NCBI GenBank assembly: GCA_947585915.1
Contig: CANPXJ010000002.1
Location: 1 to 38,913 of the forward strand
Direction: 5' to 3'
Length of the DNA stretch: 38,913 bases
From: an uncultured Bacilli bacterium
GTDB lineage: Bacteria; Bacillota_I; Bacilli_A; RF39; UBA660
Every line of letters starts with the position of its first letter. Position 1 is the stretch's first letter. Shown here in pieces: positions 35,469 through 38,913 of this stretch. The position numbers and the translations under genes are program-made. The notes beneath the pieces are model-generated. The model was given only the letters and a program-made list of their open reading frames with translations, did not search any database and was not told the DNA's origin.

Positions 35469-36821
35469 TTGAATGAAGAAATTCTTTGGGATGATTTTTT
35501 AAATATTATTATTAAAAAAACTAATCCTGTTTCATTTAATACTTGGTTCAATAATATTACTTTACTAAATATTAAAGATAATAAAATAACTATTAAAGTT
35601 CCTTATGCAATGCATAAAAAAGTTTTAAGTGATAATTATTATTCTTTAATTGAAGATACTTTTATGAATTTAACTGGTATTAATTATGATATAGACTTTA
35701 TTTTAGAAGATGAAATTGAAGATACAAATAGAAATATTGTTGAAGTTGAAGAAAAAGAAGAAACTAGATGGGAATCTAATTTAATTGAAAATTATACTTT
35801 TGATAATTTTGTGGTGGGGGACACCAATCGTTTTGCTAAAACGGCAGCGGTGGCTGTAACAGAACAACCCGGAAAAATATATAATCCTTTATTTATATAT
35901 GGAAAGAGTGGTCTTGGTAAAACTCATTTAATGCATGCCATAGGCAATGAAATTATGAAAAAAACAAATAAAAAAGTTTTATATACGACTAGTGATATGT
36001 TTATGAATGATTTTACGGGACTGGCTAAAACAAATGATAATACTAACAACCTAGATTATGCGCAGAGTTTTAAAGAAAAATATCGAAATGTTGATGTTTT
36101 AATAATTGATGATATTCAATATTTAGTAGGGGCAGAGAAAACCCAACAAGAATTTTTCCACACCTTTAACTATTTACATCAAAATAATAAACAAATTATT
36201 ATTAGTTCAGATCGTTCTCCTGATGATTTAAAAAAATTAGAAGAAAGATTAAGATCACGTTTTACTTGGGGGCTTCCTGTTGATATATATCCGCCTGATT
36301 TTGATTTACGGTGTCGAATTTTAAAAAATAAAATTAAAAATCTAGATATTGCTAGCTTAATTGAAGATGATGTTATCGAATATATTGCTAATTCTTGTGA
36401 TAATGATGTTAGATATCTAGAGGGAGCTATTACAAGATTATGTGCCTATGCTGCAATGATTGTTCCTAAACAAATAAACATGGAATTTGCTACTGAAGCT
36501 TTAAAAGATTATATTAACAAGAATATCTATGATAACGGTGACATCCCTAGTATTCAAAAAGCTGTTAGTGATTATTTTCAAATAACTATTGATGAATTAA
36601 AATCAAAAAAAAGAGGGAAAAAAATTGCCTATCCGCGTATGATTGCTATGTACCTTTCTAGAATGCTAACAGATGAATCTTTTCCTAAAATAGGTTTAGA
36701 ATTTGGGGGAAGAGACCACTCAACTGTAATTCATGCCTGTGATAAAATTGAGGAAGATTTAAAAGAGAATAGTGAACTTAAAAATATTATAAAAAGTATT
36801 AAAAATAATATAACTTGTTGA
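35469..36821 (+). CDS. dnaA: Chromosomal replication initiator protein DnaA (TTG start)
   Basis: Walker A GKSGLGKTHLMHAIGN, LIIDDIQYL, and the DNA-binding domain DHSTVIHA. Confidence 0.97.
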   Translation: MNEEILWDDFLNIIIKKTNPVSFNTWFNNITLLNIKDNKITIKVPYAMHKKVLSDNYYSLIEDTFMNLTGINYDIDFILEDEIEDTNRNIVEVEEKEETRWESNLIENYTFDNFVVGDTNRFAKTAAVAVTEQPGKIYNPLFIYGKSGLGKTHLMHAIGNEIMKKTNKKVLYTTSDMFMNDFTGLAKTNDNTNNLDYAQSFKEKYRNVDVLIIDDIQYLVGAEKTQQEFFHTFNYLHQNNKQIIISSDRSPDDLKKLEERLRSRFTWGLPVDIYPPDFDLRCRILKNKIKNLDIASLIEDDVIEYIANSCDNDVRYLEGAITRLCAYAAMIVPKQINMEFATEALKDYINKNIYDNGDIPSIQKAVSDYFQITIDELKSKKRGKKIAYPRMIAMYLSRMLTDESFPKIGLEFGGRDHSTVIHACDKIEEDLKENSELKNIIKSIKNNITC

Positions 36822-36832
36822 TATCTAAATAA

Positions 36833-36913
36833 CTATCCACAATTAATAAACTCTTAAAAATATAAAAAAATAAAGAAAATAAAGGATTTTTAAATTTATC
36901 CACATTATCAACT
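36833..36913. promoter_or_regulatory. oriC right part: DnaA boxes flanking an AT-rich candidate unwinding element between dnaA and dnaN
   Basis: CTATCCACA at 36833-36841, an almost pure A/T stretch at 36842-36895, perfect TTATCCACA at 36896-36904, then TTATCAACT at 36906-36914. Confidence 0.7.
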
Positions 36914-36949
36914 CTATTATTAAAAATAATTAAGAAAGAAGGAATAAAA

Positions 36950-38071
36950 ATGAAATTTACAATCTCTAAAAATATTTTATTACAAAATTTAACTTATGTA
37001 ACTAAAGCTATATCTATTAAGAACATTATTCCTATATTAAATGGAATAAAATTTGAACTTACTGATAAAGGATTATCTTTAACAGCTAGTGATTCGGAAC
37101 TTACTATTAATACTTTTATTGAAGAAAAGGAAATAACTAAAATAGAAAAATCGGGTACTATTATTATTCAAAGCAAGTTTATTGTCGATATAATTAGAAA
37201 AATGCCAAGTGATGTTATTAACTTTGAATTAGTAGATGGTTTAAAAATAAAAATATTTACTGATAATAATGAATATTCTTTAAATTGTTTAGATCCTAAA
37301 GAATATCCTACTTTAAAATTAGAAGAAAGTAAAACTCCTCTTATAATTAAAGCATCTATATTTAAAAGTATCATAACTGAAACATCTTTTGCTATTTCTA
37401 ATCAAGAACTTCGTCCAATATTAACAGGTATTAACTTAAAAATAGTAGGGGATTTATTAGAATGCACAGCAACTGATTCATATCGTTTATCAAAGAAAAA
37501 TATTAAATTGGATAGTCCAGTTAAAGAAGATATTAATATTGTTATTCCTGGGAAAAATTTAATTGAATTTGAAAAAATGTTAAATGATGATGAGGAAAAT
37601 TTAGAGTTACATATTTTTAATTCAAAAATATTGTTCAAATATAAAAATATTTTATTTCAAAGTAATTTATTAAATGGTAGTTTTCCTAATACAACTAACT
37701 TAATTCCTACAGAATTTGAAATTATAGCTAAAACAAAATTGGCAGATTATTTTGCGGCGATTGATAGAGCATCTTTACTTACTCAAGGCAAAGATCAAAA
37801 TATTGTAAAAATGACTATTGATGATGGAAAAATGGTTGTTAATTCTTACGCTTCGGAAATTGGAAAGGTAGAAGAGAAAGTAGTTATTGAAACATCTGAT
37901 AAAGCCAAACTTGCCATATCCTTTAGTGCTAAATATATGTTAGAAGCATTAAGGACAATTAAAGATGAAGAAATTTTGATTTTACTTAATACTGATGTTA
38001 AACCGATTGTTATCAAATCCGTAAAAGATGAATCTTTAATTCACTTAATATTACCAATAAAAACATATTAA
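36950..38071 (+). CDS. dnaN: DNA polymerase III beta sliding clamp
   Basis: 373 aa. MKFTISKNILLQNL... has the typical three-domain length and lies immediately after dnaA. Confidence 0.95.
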   Translation: MKFTISKNILLQNLTYVTKAISIKNIIPILNGIKFELTDKGLSLTASDSELTINTFIEEKEITKIEKSGTIIIQSKFIVDIIRKMPSDVINFELVDGLKIKIFTDNNEYSLNCLDPKEYPTLKLEESKTPLIIKASIFKSIITETSFAISNQELRPILTGINLKIVGDLLECTATDSYRLSKKNIKLDSPVKEDINIVIPGKNLIEFEKMLNDDEENLELHIFNSKILFKYKNILFQSNLLNGSFPNTTNLIPTEFEIIAKTKLADYFAAIDRASLLTQGKDQNIVKMTIDDGKMVVNSYASEIGKVEEKVVIETSDKAKLAISFSAKYMLEALRTIKDEEILILLNTDVKPIVIKSVKDESLIHLILPIKTY

Positions 38072-38097
38072 TTAGAAGTAAAATTCTAATTTTTTTT
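38071..38097 (+). terminator. Rho-independent terminator after dnaN
   Basis: ATTAGAA (38071-38077), loop gtaaaa, TTCTAAT (38084-38090), then 7 T. Confidence 0.6.
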
Positions 38098-38179
38098 AAT
38101 ATTCAACAAAATTCTACAAATTTAAATAAAGTAGTGTGGTATAAGAGAGTCATCTTTTATCGAAGGGGGTGATAAAAAG

Positions 38180-38641
38180 ATGAAAGATTATGAAATAAAT
38201 GAACAAACTTTAGCTATTATTCCATGGAAAAACAAAAGTAAAGTCTATGAAAAAGAAATCAATTTTGTGGTTGATAAAAGTGTTCATACAATTATGGAAG
38301 AAAGTTGTGAATATTTTGGAAGTTCTTTAGAAGGAAGACAAAAAGGAACTACTTCTTTGATTGGTGTAAGACATAAAACCCCAATTATTATTGAGGAAAG
38401 TAAGGAAATAATATTTTTTCCTACCTCATCACCCAGAGGAAATAATTGTTCTTGGATATCTTTAAATAATTTAGAAAATTATAAAAAAGAAAATGATAAA
38501 ATTCGTTTAAGATTTAATAATAAAAAGGAAATTAATATGGATATTTCTTATGGAATTATTGATAATCAAGTTTTAAGAGCAACTAGGTTAGAATCAATCT
38601 TAAGAAAAAGAAAAGAGGTGAATTTCAAAAGTAAATTGTAA
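38180..38641 (+). CDS. comK: Competence transcription factor ComK family
   Basis: 153 aa. TLAIIP...IMEESCEYFGSSLEGRQKGT..L.G...KTPIIIEES..IIFFPTSSPRGNNCSWISL matches my memory of the ComK core (SC..(F/Y)GSS..GR, K.PI.I, FPT.SP...C.W). Confidence 0.8.
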   Translation: MKDYEINEQTLAIIPWKNKSKVYEKEINFVVDKSVHTIMEESCEYFGSSLEGRQKGTTSLIGVRHKTPIIIEESKEIIFFPTSSPRGNNCSWISLNNLENYKKENDKIRLRFNNKKEINMDISYGIIDNQVLRATRLESILRKRKEVNFKSKL

Positions 38642-38840
38642 TTTGCTAAGAAATAAGAAAGTGCAGATTTAAATTGATAAAATATGCACTTTTAAATTGC
38701 AAAAATGAAAAAGAAATGGTAGTATAAAATGGAAATTAAATAATTTATTGAATGCAAAAGAGGTTTTGCCAAAAATTGTGCAAAACAAAATTGACATTTA
38801 TAAGAGAGATATTTTGCTTGTATTATTTAATTTTTATTAT

Positions 38841-38913
38841 GTAGCAAACGAAAGTTAGCTACTTATAAAACCACGTGCTATGCACGTGCGAGCCAAAGAG
38901 CAGGAGCGATGTA
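38841..38913 (+). other. GC-rich structured segment at the right edge (possible 5' end of an RNA element, truncated)
   Basis: Hairpins GTAGC...GCTAC (38841-38862) and CACGTGC-tat-GCACGTG (38872-38888). The last 43 nt are about 58% G+C by hand count, in an otherwise very AT-rich window. Confidence 0.25.

Noticed and set aside
1-38913. Possibility that the very low G+C means a Mollicutes-type code with TGA read as Trp.
   Set aside because: dnaA ends at a TGA at its expected C-terminal length. Trp codons in conserved motifs are TGG. Full-length conserved proteins are obtained with the standard code.
1-38913. CRISPR arrays, rRNA or tRNA genes, transposases, integrases and prophage structural genes.
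   Set aside because: There are no regularly spaced 25-40-bp repeats with unique spacers. There are no GC-rich cloverleaf or rRNA-like segments except the truncated element at the right edge. No ORF has recombinase or transposase motifs that I recognise.

Overview
This window is the chromosomal replication-origin region of a very AT-rich, standard-code (TGA is a stop, for example at the end of dnaA), endospore-forming Bacillota genome. The combination of RNA polymerase delta subunit, ComK and spoIID/spoIIQ-like/spoIIR suggests a Bacilli- or Erysipelotrichia-like lineage; this is inference only.

Gene orientation switches at about 35.3-36.9 kb. There, DnaA-box clusters flank dnaA, followed by dnaN on the plus strand. 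Almost everything to the left is on the minus strand:
- secA, hpf and a cold-shock gene
- spoIIQ-like, spoIID, rpiB, rpmE, murA, mntP, spoIIR, prmC, prfA, rpoE
- parB, rsmG, mnmG, mnmE, jag, yidC, rnpA, rpmH

Five accessory insertions interrupt this conserved backbone:
1. An agr-type quorum-sensing locus (agrB, an unannotated 37-codon agrD-like ORF, and a convergent LytTR regulator/HPK10 kinase operon). The propeptide has Leu where the thiolactone Cys should be.
2. A tandem array of three paralogous orphan gene cassettes between rsmG and a ParA-less, tail-extended parB. I consider this the best candidate for something undescribed.
3. An AAA+/DUF4143-type ATPase with a nuclease-like C-terminus plus a polytopic membrane protein, wedged between jag and mnmE.
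4. A three-gene orphan island between rpmH and dnaA: a 6 x 28-residue repeat protein, a 364-aa unknown, and a divergent amidoligase-like protein.
5. comK directly after dnaN.

rpmH, agrD and a truncated RhuM-family gene are not in the supplied ORF track; I found them by hand translation. I saw no rRNA, tRNA, CRISPR array or transposase. All functional calls rest on motif recognition from memory, not on searches.
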